Below are positions 9,373-19,810 of a stretch of DNA of 64,000 bases, in pieces. The stretch's first letter is position 1; the number at the start of each line of letters is the position of its first letter. The position numbers were made by a program, and so were the translations under genes. Origin of the DNA: Candidatus Giovannonibacteria bacterium (GTDB taxonomy: Bacteria > Patescibacteriota > Minisyncoccia > UBA11713 > 2-01-FULL-45-33); NCBI GenBank assembly GCA_016176295.1, contig JACOXN010000006.1:18466-82465 (forward strand), written 5' to 3'. The notes beneath the pieces are model-generated. The model did not search any database. It was not told where the DNA came from and worked only from the letters and a program-made list of their open reading frames with translations.

Positions 9373-11265
9373 ATGAACACGGAAAACTCACTAAATTCTA
9401 AGCAAAAAGAAGCCGTGGAGGCAACCGAAGGTCCGGTTCTTGTTGTCGCGGGCGCGGGGGCCGGAAAAACCAAAGTCATCACCGAAAGAATTAAGCTCCT
9501 CATGAAAAATGGAGTGCCGCCGGAAGAAATCATTGCGGTCACTTTCACTAACAAAGCGGCGGGAGAAATGAAAGCAAGAACTATTGAACAAAATTCGGAT
9601 ATTAAAAAATTTCGGCTGCCGTTCATCGGCACTTTCCACGCGCTCGGGCTTCTTATGATGAAAGAGAATGCCAAAAAATTGGGACTCTCGGGGCGTTTTA
9701 CTATAATTGACGAGGACGACTCGATAAAACTAGTGAAGGAAAGTGTATTGGAACTGAATCTGGATATAAAACAATTCGACCCTTCCAGAATGAAGCATCA
9801 GATATCTTCTTTTAAAAATAAGCTAGTGGAACAGGAAGAATGCGCCGAAGAAGGATATTTCGGCGAAATCTTGTGTAAAATATGGCAGCTTTACGAAAAA
9901 AAAACCAAAGCGCAAGAATTCCTGGATTTTGACGACCTGATATTAAAACCGACGCGCCTTTTGATGCGGGACAAAAATACCCTTGAAAAATACCAGAACA
10001 GATGGCGATACATCCATGTCGACGAATACCAGGATACCAACGAAGCGCAATACATGCTTTCCAAACTTCTGAGCGCCAAGCACAGGAATATTTTTGTAGT
10101 GGGGGACATTGACCAGGCCATCTATAGCTGGCGCGGGGCGGATTTCAGGAATGTTTTGAGCTTCCAGCAAGATTATCCGGATGCCAAAATAATCACCCTG
10201 GAAGAAAATTACCGCTCAACGGACATAATTCTCGAGGCGGCCAACGCCGTGATAATAAACAATAAGATGCGGGTCCCCAAGAACTTGTGGACCAAAAAAA
10301 CCGGGCGCGAAAAAATAAAAATTATGGTGGCGGAAGACGAAAAAATAGAAGCGGAAACAGTGGCTTTCGAGATACTTACTTTAAAAAGAGGACGCATTCC
10401 GGCGCTCGAAATGGCCGTCCTGTACCGGACCAACGCCCAGTCGCGCGCCATTGAAGAAGCTCTTTTGTCGCATAACATCGCCTATCGCATCGTAGGCGGG
10501 GTTCGCTTTTACGAAAGACGGGAAATAAAGGACCTGCTGGCCTATGTGAGACTTGTGCAAAACCCCCAAGATGAAATTAGCAGAAAAAGGATACTAAACG
10601 TTCCTGCGAGGGGAATAGGGAAGACCCTGGCCACGAAAATTTTTGGAAAAACAATTCCCTTAAAACCCGAGGAAGAGAAAAAAATAAAGGATTTTGAAGC
10701 TCTGATTGACGACCTGCGCAAAACTTCGGCTGAGAAAAAACCTTTCGAATTTTTGCGCTACGCTGTCCAAAAGACCGGCTACCGAAGATACATCGAGGAC
10801 GGCACGGAAAAAGGCATGGACAGATGGCAAAACGTTGAAGAGCTGATAGCGATTTCAAGGAAAAATGAGGATTTGGAGGAATTTTTGGAACATGTTTCGC
10901 TTTTTTCGGCCGAAGATGTTTATGAACCGGAGGATGGTTCGGGTAAGGTAAACCTTATGACCATTCACTCTTCGAAAGGGCTAGAATTCGAGGCAGTATT
11001 CGTGGTAGGCATGGAAGAAGGTCTTTTCCCTCACGTGTTATCCCTTGATGCCACAGACTTGGAAGAAGAAAGGAGACTCTGCTACGTGGCCATAACCCGC
11101 GCCAAAACGAAACTTTACCTTTCACTCGCCGCCCGGCGCGCAATATTCGGAGAACGAATATCCAACATGCCTTCGCGTTTTTTAAAAGAATTCCCGGAAC
11201 ATCTCCTGGAATACCAGGAGATGTTCCCGCCGGATGGCGGACTGCCGGAAATCATTATTGAATAA
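9373..11265 (+). CDS. pcrA: PcrA/UvrD ATP-dependent DNA helicase
   Basis: AGAGAGKT, VDEYQDTN, LEENYRS, MTIHSSKGLEF, EERRLCYVAITRA. Confidence 0.96.
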   Translation: MNTENSLNSKQKEAVEATEGPVLVVAGAGAGKTKVITERIKLLMKNGVPPEEIIAVTFTNKAAGEMKARTIEQNSDIKKFRLPFIGTFHALGLLMMKENAKKLGLSGRFTIIDEDDSIKLVKESVLELNLDIKQFDPSRMKHQISSFKNKLVEQEECAEEGYFGEILCKIWQLYEKKTKAQEFLDFDDLILKPTRLLMRDKNTLEKYQNRWRYIHVDEYQDTNEAQYMLSKLLSAKHRNIFVVGDIDQAIYSWRGADFRNVLSFQQDYPDAKIITLEENYRSTDIILEAANAVIINNKMRVPKNLWTKKTGREKIKIMVAEDEKIEAETVAFEILTLKRGRIPALEMAVLYRTNAQSRAIEEALLSHNIAYRIVGGVRFYERREIKDLLAYVRLVQNPQDEISRKRILNVPARGIGKTLATKIFGKTIPLKPEEEKKIKDFEALIDDLRKTSAEKKPFEFLRYAVQKTGYRRYIEDGTEKGMDRWQNVEELIAISRKNEDLEEFLEHVSLFSAEDVYEPEDGSGKVNLMTIHSSKGLEFEAVFVVGMEEGLFPHVLSLDATDLEEERRLCYVAITRAKTKLYLSLAARRAIFGERISNMPSRFLKEFPEHLLEYQEMFPPDGGLPEIIIE

Positions 11266-11266
11266 C

Positions 11267-11343
11267 ACCTCCCCACGCCCCTCCTTAGTAAAGAGGGGAA
11301 ATCAAAAGTTCCTCCCCTTTACAAGGGGAGGGTTGGGAAGGGT
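11267..11343. repeat. Inverted pair of palindromic element family B (REP-like)
   Basis: acctccccacgcccctccttagtaaagagggg and cctcccctttacaaggggagggttgggaagggt; related copies at 11620, 26096 and 41499. Confidence 0.75.
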
Positions 11344-11355
11344 AAAGTATAAACA

Positions 11356-11990
11356 ATGTTAAAACCAAACAAAAGATTAGGCCAACACTTTTTAAAGAAT
11401 GCCAAAATTCTGGAAGAAATTGCAGATTCAGCTGAACTGACCAAAAGTGACACCGTCTTGGAAGTAGGACCGGGCACGGGAACCCTCACGGAAGTTTTGG
11501 CTGTAGGGACAAAAAAAGTTATCGCAGTGGAAAAAGACCGGAACTTGATTCCGATTTTGCGGGAAAAATTCAAAAACACTAAAAACGTGGAAATAATCGA
11601 GGGAGATATTTTAAAATTAACCTCACCCCTGGCCCCTCTCCTTACGAAGGAGAGGGGGTTTAAGGTCGTCGCCAACATCCCTTATTACATAACGTCAAAG
11701 CCTACGGAAAGCCCAAAATAGTGAGGAACGTTTCGAAAAATTTTTTCAGCCCTCCGCCCAAAATGGATTCAGCTGTGATAAAAATAGACGAAATATCGGA
11801 CAAATGGTTCAAAAACAACAAAATCCCGGAAGAAAAATTTTTTGAGGTATTGCATGCGGCTTTCCGTCAAAAAAGAAAGATGTTAAGGCATTCTCTCAGT
11901 AAAACATATAAAATACCGCCGGAATTTGCAGAAAAACGTCCGGAGAAACTCCGCCTTGAGGACTGGCTTAGTATATTTCGAGTAAAATAA
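11356..11990 (+). pseudogene. ksgA: 16S rRNA dimethyladenosine transferase broken by an internal deletion and frameshift
   Basis: LGQHFL, LEVGPGTG and VANIPYYIT in frame 1; from 11694 a second frame reads VKAYGKPKIVRNVSKNFFSPPPKMDSAVI...RQKRKML; the MVQKEVAER segment is missing. Confidence 0.85.
11620..11658. repeat. Family B element in frame in ksgA (TSPLAPLLTKERG)
   Basis: acctcacccctggcccctctccttacgaaggagaggggg, 39 nt, codon-aligned. Confidence 0.8.
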
Positions 11991-11993
11991 TTT

Positions 11994-13253
11994 TTATCCG
12001 CAACCGCAAATTCCTGAGGCGGGATCCCAAATGGCATTTGGTTTACCGCCGCAGACTTTATTAAGACATCCCAGCTGTATATCGCAGCCGCTTCCATTAG
12101 TACCGCAGTCATTTACAAACCTCCATCGGCAGCGACTGCGATGCCGTAGACCGCAATTGCAGCAAAAAGTTGACCCGTTAAAACCCAGAATCTGGTTCCC
12201 AGGATCGTCGTCTTTATAGCAATCCGGGCTCCTTACCCATGCCGCATTGGCCGGTTCCGCCACAAAAAACACGTATTTCAGTCCGTCCAATATGTCCATT
12301 ACGGCTTCGCGGGTGTTGCCCGCAGCGGCAAGCTGCTGCCCGCCGGGCAAAATAAGACTTTGCGGCTCACCTTGTCTTATGAATCTTTTTTCTTCCTCAA
12401 CCAAAGCCGGCAAAATTTCCCTTAAACCTTTCTGAAAATTGCGATAATCGGTTTCGGTTATGTAGCCTTGTTTATACGCCTGATCCAAAATGACTTCATA
12501 AGCCTTATAAATATCTTCGTCCGTGGAAAAACTGGTAATACGCTGCGCATCGGGAATGGCCCAATTAAAATTCGGCGCGCTTTCTTCCTGCACTTCGTCC
12601 AAACCGCGATCCACAAATACGTTTTCAGCTCCCGCCGCCAGCGTGCCATCTAAAATAACCAGATTTTGGGTATCCGTTAGGTATTTTCTGTATACATCGG
12701 GCCAGATCTTTTTAAAAACTTCTTCGTCCGAAAGAAAAGAGTTTTCTGCCGGTACCGTTATTCCCTGGGTCTGAAAAACTGACGTATTTAGAACATTACC
12801 CATGAATTTTTGGCTGCTATCCAGAAAACTCGAGATCGGATCCTGAATTTGGGAGTTACTTTCGACAAACAGCGTATCGGAAAACAAAGTTTCAGAACTT
12901 AGATTGGGCCAAAAAAAGGTGCCGGAATTTTGTTCTGGTTCAGAAAACAAAAACGGCTTATCCTTGACTGCGGAAGAGCCGGGTTCCGCAAATAAGGACG
13001 GAAAGTCTTCTGAGAGAGAGGGATCGGGTACCGCGGTACAAGCGGGGCTGTTCGGATCAAATTCAGCCGTACTTGAGGCGTACGGACAGATTTCCGACGC
13101 CTTTTTCGGCAAAATTAGGGTATTTAAAGGCGCTTCGGGTAAGGAAAGGCTTTCTGCCGGAGCGCTTTTTTTGCCGGTTTCGAGCGTCATTAAAAAAATA
13201 AGAGCGGCAAGCAGTAAAACTGAACTTAAAATCAGCCATTTTTTGGACATCAT
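11994..13253 (-). CDS. Membrane-anchored hypothetical protein with Cys-rich C-terminal domain
   Basis: N-terminal TM; ends FCCNCG...C...C...C...GC...C...NAIWDPASGICGCG. Confidence 0.75.
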   Translation of the reverse strand: MMSKKWLILSSVLLLAALIFLMTLETGKKSAPAESLSLPEAPLNTLILPKKASEICPYASSTAEFDPNSPACTAVPDPSLSEDFPSLFAEPGSSAVKDKPFLFSEPEQNSGTFFWPNLSSETLFSDTLFVESNSQIQDPISSFLDSSQKFMGNVLNTSVFQTQGITVPAENSFLSDEEVFKKIWPDVYRKYLTDTQNLVILDGTLAAGAENVFVDRGLDEVQEESAPNFNWAIPDAQRITSFSTDEDIYKAYEVILDQAYKQGYITETDYRNFQKGLREILPALVEEEKRFIRQGEPQSLILPGGQQLAAAGNTREAVMDILDGLKYVFFVAEPANAAWVRSPDCYKDDDPGNQILGFNGSTFCCNCGLRHRSRCRWRFVNDCGTNGSGCDIQLGCLNKVCGGKPNAIWDPASGICGCG

Positions 13254-13335
13254 ATGAGTAGATTATACACCTAATGTTATGCACATGGAATAAAAATCAG
13301 TTAAGCCTGAAAAATGCTAAAATATTAATAGCACA

Positions 13336-14373
13336 ATGGATTACTTACCTAGCAAAAAATTTATAGTTTTAGCCGCTTCCGCCGCAACGGTTATACTTGC
13401 CGGCTGGGCCGCTTATTATATCTGGAATTTACCGGTAGGGCCTGCAAAATTGGCTGAAAACGAGGTGGACAACAATACTCAATTTCTGGATGCTTACGCC
13501 GACGCGGAATTGGATACCGATAAGGACGGTTTGAAAGATTGGGAAGAGCTTCTGTGGAAAACCGACCCGCAAAAGGGCGACTCAGATGGTGACGGCACGG
13601 TTGACGGGGAGGAAATAGCCGCGGGGAGAGATCCCTCCATCGCGGGGCCGAAAGATAAATTGCCGAAACCCGAGGAATTGGCGGCCGTAACCGGCACCGA
13701 CACCCCCATGACACTTACCGGTAAAATCGCCAGGGATTTTGTAGCCGAATATTTTTCGCAAAAAGGCGCGGCCGGAGGAGGAGCTATCGCCCAGGCAGTC
13801 AAAAATAAGATAGAGAGTTCGGTTTTCTTCCAGGTCCAAAAGGGAGTTGCGGCTTACTCCGATGTTTTCACCATGAAAGATGTGAAAAAATCCGACAGCG
13901 CTGACACAAGAAAATATTTGAACGACTTGGGAAAAATTTTGGACGTAAATTTTAAAAACATAACCGAATCGGAATCTGACATTATGAACTCCGTTGCTGA
14001 ATCCAATGATTTTACGAAACTGGATGCTCTTGATGATTACATGACCGCTTACTCAAAGACGGTAAAATCCATGCAAAATCTCACAGTTCCAACCGCATAT
14101 TCAGCGCTCCACCTTACTCTCCTTAATTCCATGCAGAACACCTTTTATGCCGCCCAAAACATGAAACTTTTGAAAGACGACCCCATCCGCGGGTTGATAG
14201 GGTTCCAACTTTACAGCAAGGAAGTGGGCCGAGCGCGAGAATATTTAATAGATCTGAAAGCAAAGGTGGAAAAAGATATAATTGTTTTTAGTGATTCCGA
14301 ATCAGGTTCCTTTTTTAACCAATATTTTGAAAAATTAAACGAGGCCGAAAAAAATAATTTAATAAATCAATAA
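13336..14373 (+). CDS. Membrane-anchored protein with TSP3-like Ca-binding repeats
   Basis: TM, DTDKDGLKDWEE and DSDGDGTVDGEE motifs. Confidence 0.75.
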   Translation: MDYLPSKKFIVLAASAATVILAGWAAYYIWNLPVGPAKLAENEVDNNTQFLDAYADAELDTDKDGLKDWEELLWKTDPQKGDSDGDGTVDGEEIAAGRDPSIAGPKDKLPKPEELAAVTGTDTPMTLTGKIARDFVAEYFSQKGAAGGGAIAQAVKNKIESSVFFQVQKGVAAYSDVFTMKDVKKSDSADTRKYLNDLGKILDVNFKNITESESDIMNSVAESNDFTKLDALDDYMTAYSKTVKSMQNLTVPTAYSALHLTLLNSMQNTFYAAQNMKLLKDDPIRGLIGFQLYSKEVGRAREYLIDLKAKVEKDIIVFSDSESGSFFNQYFEKLNEAEKNNLINQ

Positions 14374-14374
14374 T

Positions 14375-15691
14375 ATGGGTTTTCATTTGAACAAACAATT
14401 TAAAATAACCGTTCTGAGTTTGATATTGGCCATGACTATCGGAGGGAACTTCGCCCACGCCACAGTTCCGACGTTTGACACTGGGCTTAATCCGAAAATG
14501 GATATTCTCCTCTGTATCATGGCTGGGATTTATAAAAAAGAAGTTGGCGACCCGCCCGCTGGAGCATGTAAGGGAGGCTCCAGTATATTAAGCGGCGTTT
14601 TGGGCAGTGTTTTAGGCAGTGGGGGCTCTGGCAGCATATTTAATACCGGTAGCTCATTTCTAGACACCCTGGCTAATAAAGGATTTTCGGTGGTGGATAG
14701 CTTTGTTTCGCAAGTAACGTCTCTTTCCTACGATGAAATAGCCTGGAACATTTCAAAGTATGTATTGCATTTATTTTCCCAGCAGATAATCCAATGGGTG
14801 AGAACCGGCAATATCGGGGGCACGCCGCTTTTCGTAACAGATTGGGACCAATTTTTACTCGGTGCTGCCGACAAAGCCAGTGGGCTTTTCCTGAATGAAC
14901 TAGGAATAACCAATCTCTGCGAACCTTTCGGGACACAAATAAAGCAAGTTATATCCGGCGGGCCGGCCGGGAGGCCGAGCCAGCGAGCGCCATACAGCCA
15001 AAGAGCGGCCTGCACCGTTACCGGCGTGGCAAACAACGTTCAGGGCTTATTCACTGATTTTGCGGGCGCCGGAGGAGGCTGGGAAAAATGGGGGGAAGTT
15101 GTATCAGACTTACAAAACAACCCTTTCGGCCAATATTTGATCGGAATGGAAGAAAAACAGGAAAGAGAAATGCGCGCTGTCCAGGCCAATAACACCGAGG
15201 CCAAATCCGCGAACGGTTTCCTCGCTACGAGAGTCTGCAGTTTGATACAAACCGGCGGAGTTTCTACGGGAGAAAAATGCACTCTCCAGACGCCGGGTAA
15301 AGCTGTTGAAGAAACCCTGGCAAAAGTTTTGGGCTCGGAAATAGAACAGCTGAACCTGGCCGATGAACTGGATGAAATTTTGGCTGTTGTTCTGCAAAAA
15401 CTTTTAAGCAGTGTCTTATTCGGCAACGGCGGTTTGCTGTCTGCCAACATCACAAGCAGTAACGCCGGAAACAGCAGCGGAGGCGGCAGTAGCGGTGGCG
15501 GTATTCCGCCGCCTCCTCCCCCTCCTCCTCCATTTACAGGCGGTACGTGTAACTTCAACTCGATTTGCGACTCCGGGGAAACGGCCGCAAGTTGTGCTTC
15601 TGATTGCGCCGCAGGAGGAGGTTCCAGCAGCAGTAGCAGCGGCGGTGGTATTCCGCCGCCGCCTCCTCCACCTCCTCCTCCGGGCCCTTAA
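14375..15691 (+). CDS. Secreted hypothetical protein of the T4SS-like cluster, Gly/Pro-rich tail
   Basis: Signal peptide ending AHA; duplicated SSGGGIP(n) tail around a Cys module. Confidence 0.75.
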   Translation: MGFHLNKQFKITVLSLILAMTIGGNFAHATVPTFDTGLNPKMDILLCIMAGIYKKEVGDPPAGACKGGSSILSGVLGSVLGSGGSGSIFNTGSSFLDTLANKGFSVVDSFVSQVTSLSYDEIAWNISKYVLHLFSQQIIQWVRTGNIGGTPLFVTDWDQFLLGAADKASGLFLNELGITNLCEPFGTQIKQVISGGPAGRPSQRAPYSQRAACTVTGVANNVQGLFTDFAGAGGGWEKWGEVVSDLQNNPFGQYLIGMEEKQEREMRAVQANNTEAKSANGFLATRVCSLIQTGGVSTGEKCTLQTPGKAVEETLAKVLGSEIEQLNLADELDEILAVVLQKLLSSVLFGNGGLLSANITSSNAGNSSGGGSSGGGIPPPPPPPPPFTGGTCNFNSICDSGETAASCASDCAAGGGSSSSSSGGGIPPPPPPPPPPGP

Positions 15692-15703
15692 TTAAAATTT
15701 ATT

Positions 15704-16096
15704 ATGTTCCGAGAACAAAAACCTACCAATGACAACATAGTGACGCTTTGGACGGTCCTGATAATAATTGGGGCCGTCGTGGCCTATTTAAGTTTTTCGG
15801 GGTGGTTTTTTGATTTTTCAAAAGAATCGGCGAAAACCATTTTGAAAAATATTTTTCCTTCCGCAAAAGATGTTGAGGTGGCGCCGCTCAAATCTACACT
15901 AAGCGCGGAGGAGCGCGTTCCGGCACCGTCTACCCCGCCAGCTTTTCCAAGCGCCGCTTCCTCCAAGCCGACATCCATACCTTCACCAACCTCGGCCCCA
16001 TCCGGCGGATTAAAATCTCCGCCAGCTGGCGGATCCGAACAAAATAAGGAAGCTTTGCCGCCTCCTCCTCCTCCGCCACCGCCACCTAGTTTATAA
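15704..16096 (+). CDS. Single-TM Pro-rich protein
   Basis: One TM, poly-Pro C-terminus, tightly packed in the operon. Confidence 0.7.
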   Translation: MFREQKPTNDNIVTLWTVLIIIGAVVAYLSFSGWFFDFSKESAKTILKNIFPSAKDVEVAPLKSTLSAEERVPAPSTPPAFPSAASSKPTSIPSPTSAPSGGLKSPPAGGSEQNKEALPPPPPPPPPPSL

Positions 16097-16100
16097 AAAA

Positions 16101-18968
16101 ATGACAGACAGAAAAAAAATCAATAACATATCAAGGACGCTAGCGCTGTTAATTCTTTTTAGCGTGTTCCTCTGGAATGTAAACCTTGTCTCGCCCGCAA
16201 ACGCCCAAACTCCTCCAAGCGGAACTGCGTACTCTGACAGCCTCCTTACAGAACAAGGGGACGTGGGAGGATACATTGCCAAGGGTTTTTTGTGGGGTTT
16301 AAACGGTATTTTGACATCCGTGCTCTTTTTCGAAGCAAGACTGGTTGAAATGGCCGGGCTTTTTTTCGACGTAGCCATAGAAGCCAACCTTAAGCCTATA
16401 AGCCGGGTGGATGCCATAGTTGTGGGCTGGAACATCTCGCGGAGCGTAGCCAACATTTTTTTTATCATCGTCCTTTTAGTCATTGCCATAGCGACCATTC
16501 TGCGCCTTCAAAGCTACCAGGCCAAAGCGTTGCTTCCAAAACTTATCGTTATTGCCCTTCTTATTAATTTCAGCCTCTCGATAGGCTATTTTCTGATAGA
16601 TTTCAGCAACGTGATGGGTTTGGGTTTTTATAACCAACTTGTAGCCAAAGGCAGTATATCTAATAACCTAATGGCTGGCACTGCTCTGTCCAATGTATTT
16701 AATATTAGGAGCGACACCGGCGGTTCGATAAGCCAAAGCCTGACCGCGTGGCTAACCTCAGGCACAATTACAGGCGGCGTAGTGGGCAGCACGGTTCCCG
16801 TCGTAGGTACCTTGATTGGTGGCATATCCGGAGCCGTCGTGGGAGCGATTGGCTGGACCTTGTTCGGAGGAGGCGTAAAATTTGCCGATGCCGCGATATA
16901 TTTTTACACGGTTTCCATGTCGGTCATTTACGTTATTCCGCTTATATTCGTCTTTATTTTCGGCGGCATATTGCTTTTTATACGTTTCGCGGTGCTGACT
17001 TTGCTATTAATACTGGCGCCCCTGGCATTCATAGGCTATATTCTGCCGGATACGGAAGGAAAACTGTGGAAAACCTGGTGGGATTCTTTTTTGAACCACG
17101 CATTTTTCTTTCCGGCGATGCTTTTCATGCTCTACATAAGTATACTCATTGTTAACTGGGTCAATGCCCAGCAATGGGCAGCAGCCCCCCAAAAAAATGT
17201 CGCTTTCTTTACTAATCTTTTTGTGGTGATAATTTTTCTCATCGGCTCTCTTATAGTCTCCAAAAAAATGGGAGTCGCCGGAGCAGGAACCGTCTTGGGC
17301 TGGGCGACGAAGAGTAAAAAATACTTAACCGGCTACGCCGGAGGATTGGCAAAACGCAACCTGATAGCGCGCCCGGCCGCGGCCATACAAGACAAATATG
17401 GCGACAGATTGGAAGCCGGCGCCGCAACTTCCCGCACCACCAGACTTGCGTTAAGAGGCATCCAAACCGCGCAGAAAGCGGGCGGATACCAGGATAAGGT
17501 GAAACGCGACCTCGACTTCATCAGGACAATGGCTGCCAAGAACCAGGGTTCGGCGCTTCTTAAGATGCAAAAAGAAGAACCGAGGAAGTTCAAGATGGCG
17601 ATGGAGGAGGTATTCAAACCGAGGGATCTCGCGGAGATCTACGAAAAAGCCGAAGGCAAAGACCAAAAAGATATAAGAAGAATGCTCGACGATGAGGCAA
17701 CCACCAACTTAATGACCCCGGAAAACCGCGACAAATACTTCGAATCCCGCGTAAAAGTGGAAATGAAAGACATGAACCAGTACGCTAAGAATTTCCTGGA
17801 ACAATCCGGAAATATGCAGAAAGTCGGGCTGGAAACCATGAAAAAAGAGGACATACAAAAAATGGCCAATGTTTACTCTGATGACGCCGACAAGGAAAAA
17901 TTCGTCACTGCCATAAAGAATGCAAAGCCGGAAAAAATCAATGATGCCTTGAGCGTTCTTCCGCGGATGGCGGATAAAGCCGGTAAAACCATAGGGGAAA
18001 CCGTCGAAAAGATCGACTTTGAAAAAGGCAAGGAAGAAAACCTAACTGATCCACTGGTCATGGCGGAAATTGTCAAGAGAGCCGCTCCTAAAAATATCGG
18101 TAAGATTATTGAAAGAAATGATGAAGTTTCCAAAGAATATCTTAAAGGATTACACGGAATGTTCGTGACGGCGGGCAACGACTACAATAAATTAGCCGAA
18201 AAATTTGAATCCGAAAACAATATAGCGATGGCAAACAAGATCAAAGGTTCTAAACAATTCAGGGAGTCGCTGGGGCTGGAGAATCCTCCTCCGTCGGGAG
18301 ACGCCGAAGCTGGCACGTCAAAAGGGCCTTCCGGTAAAACCCCGGGCGGAGGCACTCCGCCATCCGGAGGCGCGCCTTCAGGCAGCGGACCCGCAACCGC
18401 GCCTCCTCCTCCCGGATTTACAAAATCACCAACACTGGGGAGCACTATAGTCGTGCCGTCAACAGGTTTTGGCGGAGGGCCCAAAACTCTCGGAACCAGC
18501 GGAAAAACACCTACGCCCCAAACTCCTCCCCCGGCCACACCCCCACCCGCAACACCTCCGCCATCCACGCCACCGCCGGCTCCTCCCGCATCGCCTTCGT
18601 CCGCATACATACGCGGCGGGGCTCCGACGGCGGAGGAAGAAAGAAAATACAAAGAAGCCGAGACCAAACCCAAAACAAAAATTGAAAACCAGCCTGCAGA
18701 CAACCCCCCCGCTGCACCGGCCTCGAATTCAACCCCCTTGGAAATCAAAAAACTGCGCCAAGCAGTCACCGAATTGGGAGAAAATATCGAAAAAATCCCG
18801 AAAAATACATCCAACATAGGGCTCTACCAAAACAACAAAGAAACGGCCGCCCCTTCGCCGATAAAAATAATAGGGGAAAACTTAGACAAAGCAGAAGCCG
18901 AAAAACTGCGTAAAACCATAAATGAAGCCCAAAAGAAAAACGAAATCGAAAAAAATAACAAACAATAA
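16101..18968 (+). CDS. Polytopic membrane protein, VirB6/TrbL-like, with charged and Pro-rich tail
   Basis: Multiple TMs, ANIFFIIVLL...LLPKLIVIALLINFS, LILAPLAF...WW; located upstream of PrgI/VirB4. Confidence 0.7.
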   Translation: MTDRKKINNISRTLALLILFSVFLWNVNLVSPANAQTPPSGTAYSDSLLTEQGDVGGYIAKGFLWGLNGILTSVLFFEARLVEMAGLFFDVAIEANLKPISRVDAIVVGWNISRSVANIFFIIVLLVIAIATILRLQSYQAKALLPKLIVIALLINFSLSIGYFLIDFSNVMGLGFYNQLVAKGSISNNLMAGTALSNVFNIRSDTGGSISQSLTAWLTSGTITGGVVGSTVPVVGTLIGGISGAVVGAIGWTLFGGGVKFADAAIYFYTVSMSVIYVIPLIFVFIFGGILLFIRFAVLTLLLILAPLAFIGYILPDTEGKLWKTWWDSFLNHAFFFPAMLFMLYISILIVNWVNAQQWAAAPQKNVAFFTNLFVVIIFLIGSLIVSKKMGVAGAGTVLGWATKSKKYLTGYAGGLAKRNLIARPAAAIQDKYGDRLEAGAATSRTTRLALRGIQTAQKAGGYQDKVKRDLDFIRTMAAKNQGSALLKMQKEEPRKFKMAMEEVFKPRDLAEIYEKAEGKDQKDIRRMLDDEATTNLMTPENRDKYFESRVKVEMKDMNQYAKNFLEQSGNMQKVGLETMKKEDIQKMANVYSDDADKEKFVTAIKNAKPEKINDALSVLPRMADKAGKTIGETVEKIDFEKGKEENLTDPLVMAEIVKRAAPKNIGKIIERNDEVSKEYLKGLHGMFVTAGNDYNKLAEKFESENNIAMANKIKGSKQFRESLGLENPPPSGDAEAGTSKGPSGKTPGGGTPPSGGAPSGSGPATAPPPPGFTKSPTLGSTIVVPSTGFGGGPKTLGTSGKTPTPQTPPPATPPPATPPPSTPPPAPPASPSSAYIRGGAPTAEEERKYKEAETKPKTKIENQPADNPPAAPASNSTPLEIKKLRQAVTELGENIEKIPKNTSNIGLYQNNKETAAPSPIKIIGENLDKAEAEKLRKTINEAQKKNEIEKNNKQ

Positions 18969-18969
18969 C

Positions 18970-19797
18970 ATGCAACTATCACAAGAAGAATTAAACAACA
19001 AAATAAGGAACCTGCCGCAGGATCTGCGAGACGCTTTCTTTTCCGACGAAATAACCCAGGCTATGCAGGGATTGGGGAAAAAACACCAGCTGACGATAGA
19101 TAAAATGGGCGCCATGTATGAGGATGTAAACAATATTATTCTGGGTCTTGCTCATCCGAACGACTTTGTAAAACAATTATCGCAGCATCTCGAAGTTACT
19201 CCGGAAAAGGCGCGGCTGATCGCAGACGATATAAATAAAGCTATTTTCCAGCCTATCCGCGACTCTTTAAAAAAGGTCCATCATATGGAACCCGCCGAGC
19301 CTCCCAAACCGACAACGCCTCCGGTTCAGCCTATAAAACCGACCGGGCCGACCACGCCTTTAAGCCCACAGCCAGCGGAGGCGGTAAAAATAAACGATGC
19401 GAACGCAAAAAATAAACTACCGCCGATAAAAGAACTTCCGAAAGAAACCAGCATGCCGTTCTGGAAAAAACCGATAGTCCAGGACACTCCGATACCGACA
19501 CCAAAACCATCTATTCCGGATGTAAAAAAAATAATCCCTGCGCCGATAAGTTTAAGCGACGAAATTAAGACGATAAGTTTGGGCGAACAGCCCGCAAAGC
19601 CGAGGGCTGAGACAATATTTGCCAAACCGCTAACCCCTCCGGCATATACTTCACCGGCCGCCACTCCGGAACCCGCGAAAACCAAAACTCCAGCTGAACT
19701 TCAGAGTGATGATGACGCAGCGGCCGCCGCAAAAAAAGAACTTGAAAAAGTTCTGAATTACAGCGGAAAGGATCCTTATCGCGAATCTGTTGAATAA
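18970..19797 (+). CDS. Hypothetical Pro-rich protein
   Basis: ATG at 18970 directly after the previous stop; ends DPYRESVE. Confidence 0.75.
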   Translation: MQLSQEELNNKIRNLPQDLRDAFFSDEITQAMQGLGKKHQLTIDKMGAMYEDVNNIILGLAHPNDFVKQLSQHLEVTPEKARLIADDINKAIFQPIRDSLKKVHHMEPAEPPKPTTPPVQPIKPTGPTTPLSPQPAEAVKINDANAKNKLPPIKELPKETSMPFWKKPIVQDTPIPTPKPSIPDVKKIIPAPISLSDEIKTISLGEQPAKPRAETIFAKPLTPPAYTSPAATPEPAKTKTPAELQSDDDAAAAAKKELEKVLNYSGKDPYRESVE

Positions 19798-19810
19798 CCC
19801 ACCAGCCAAA

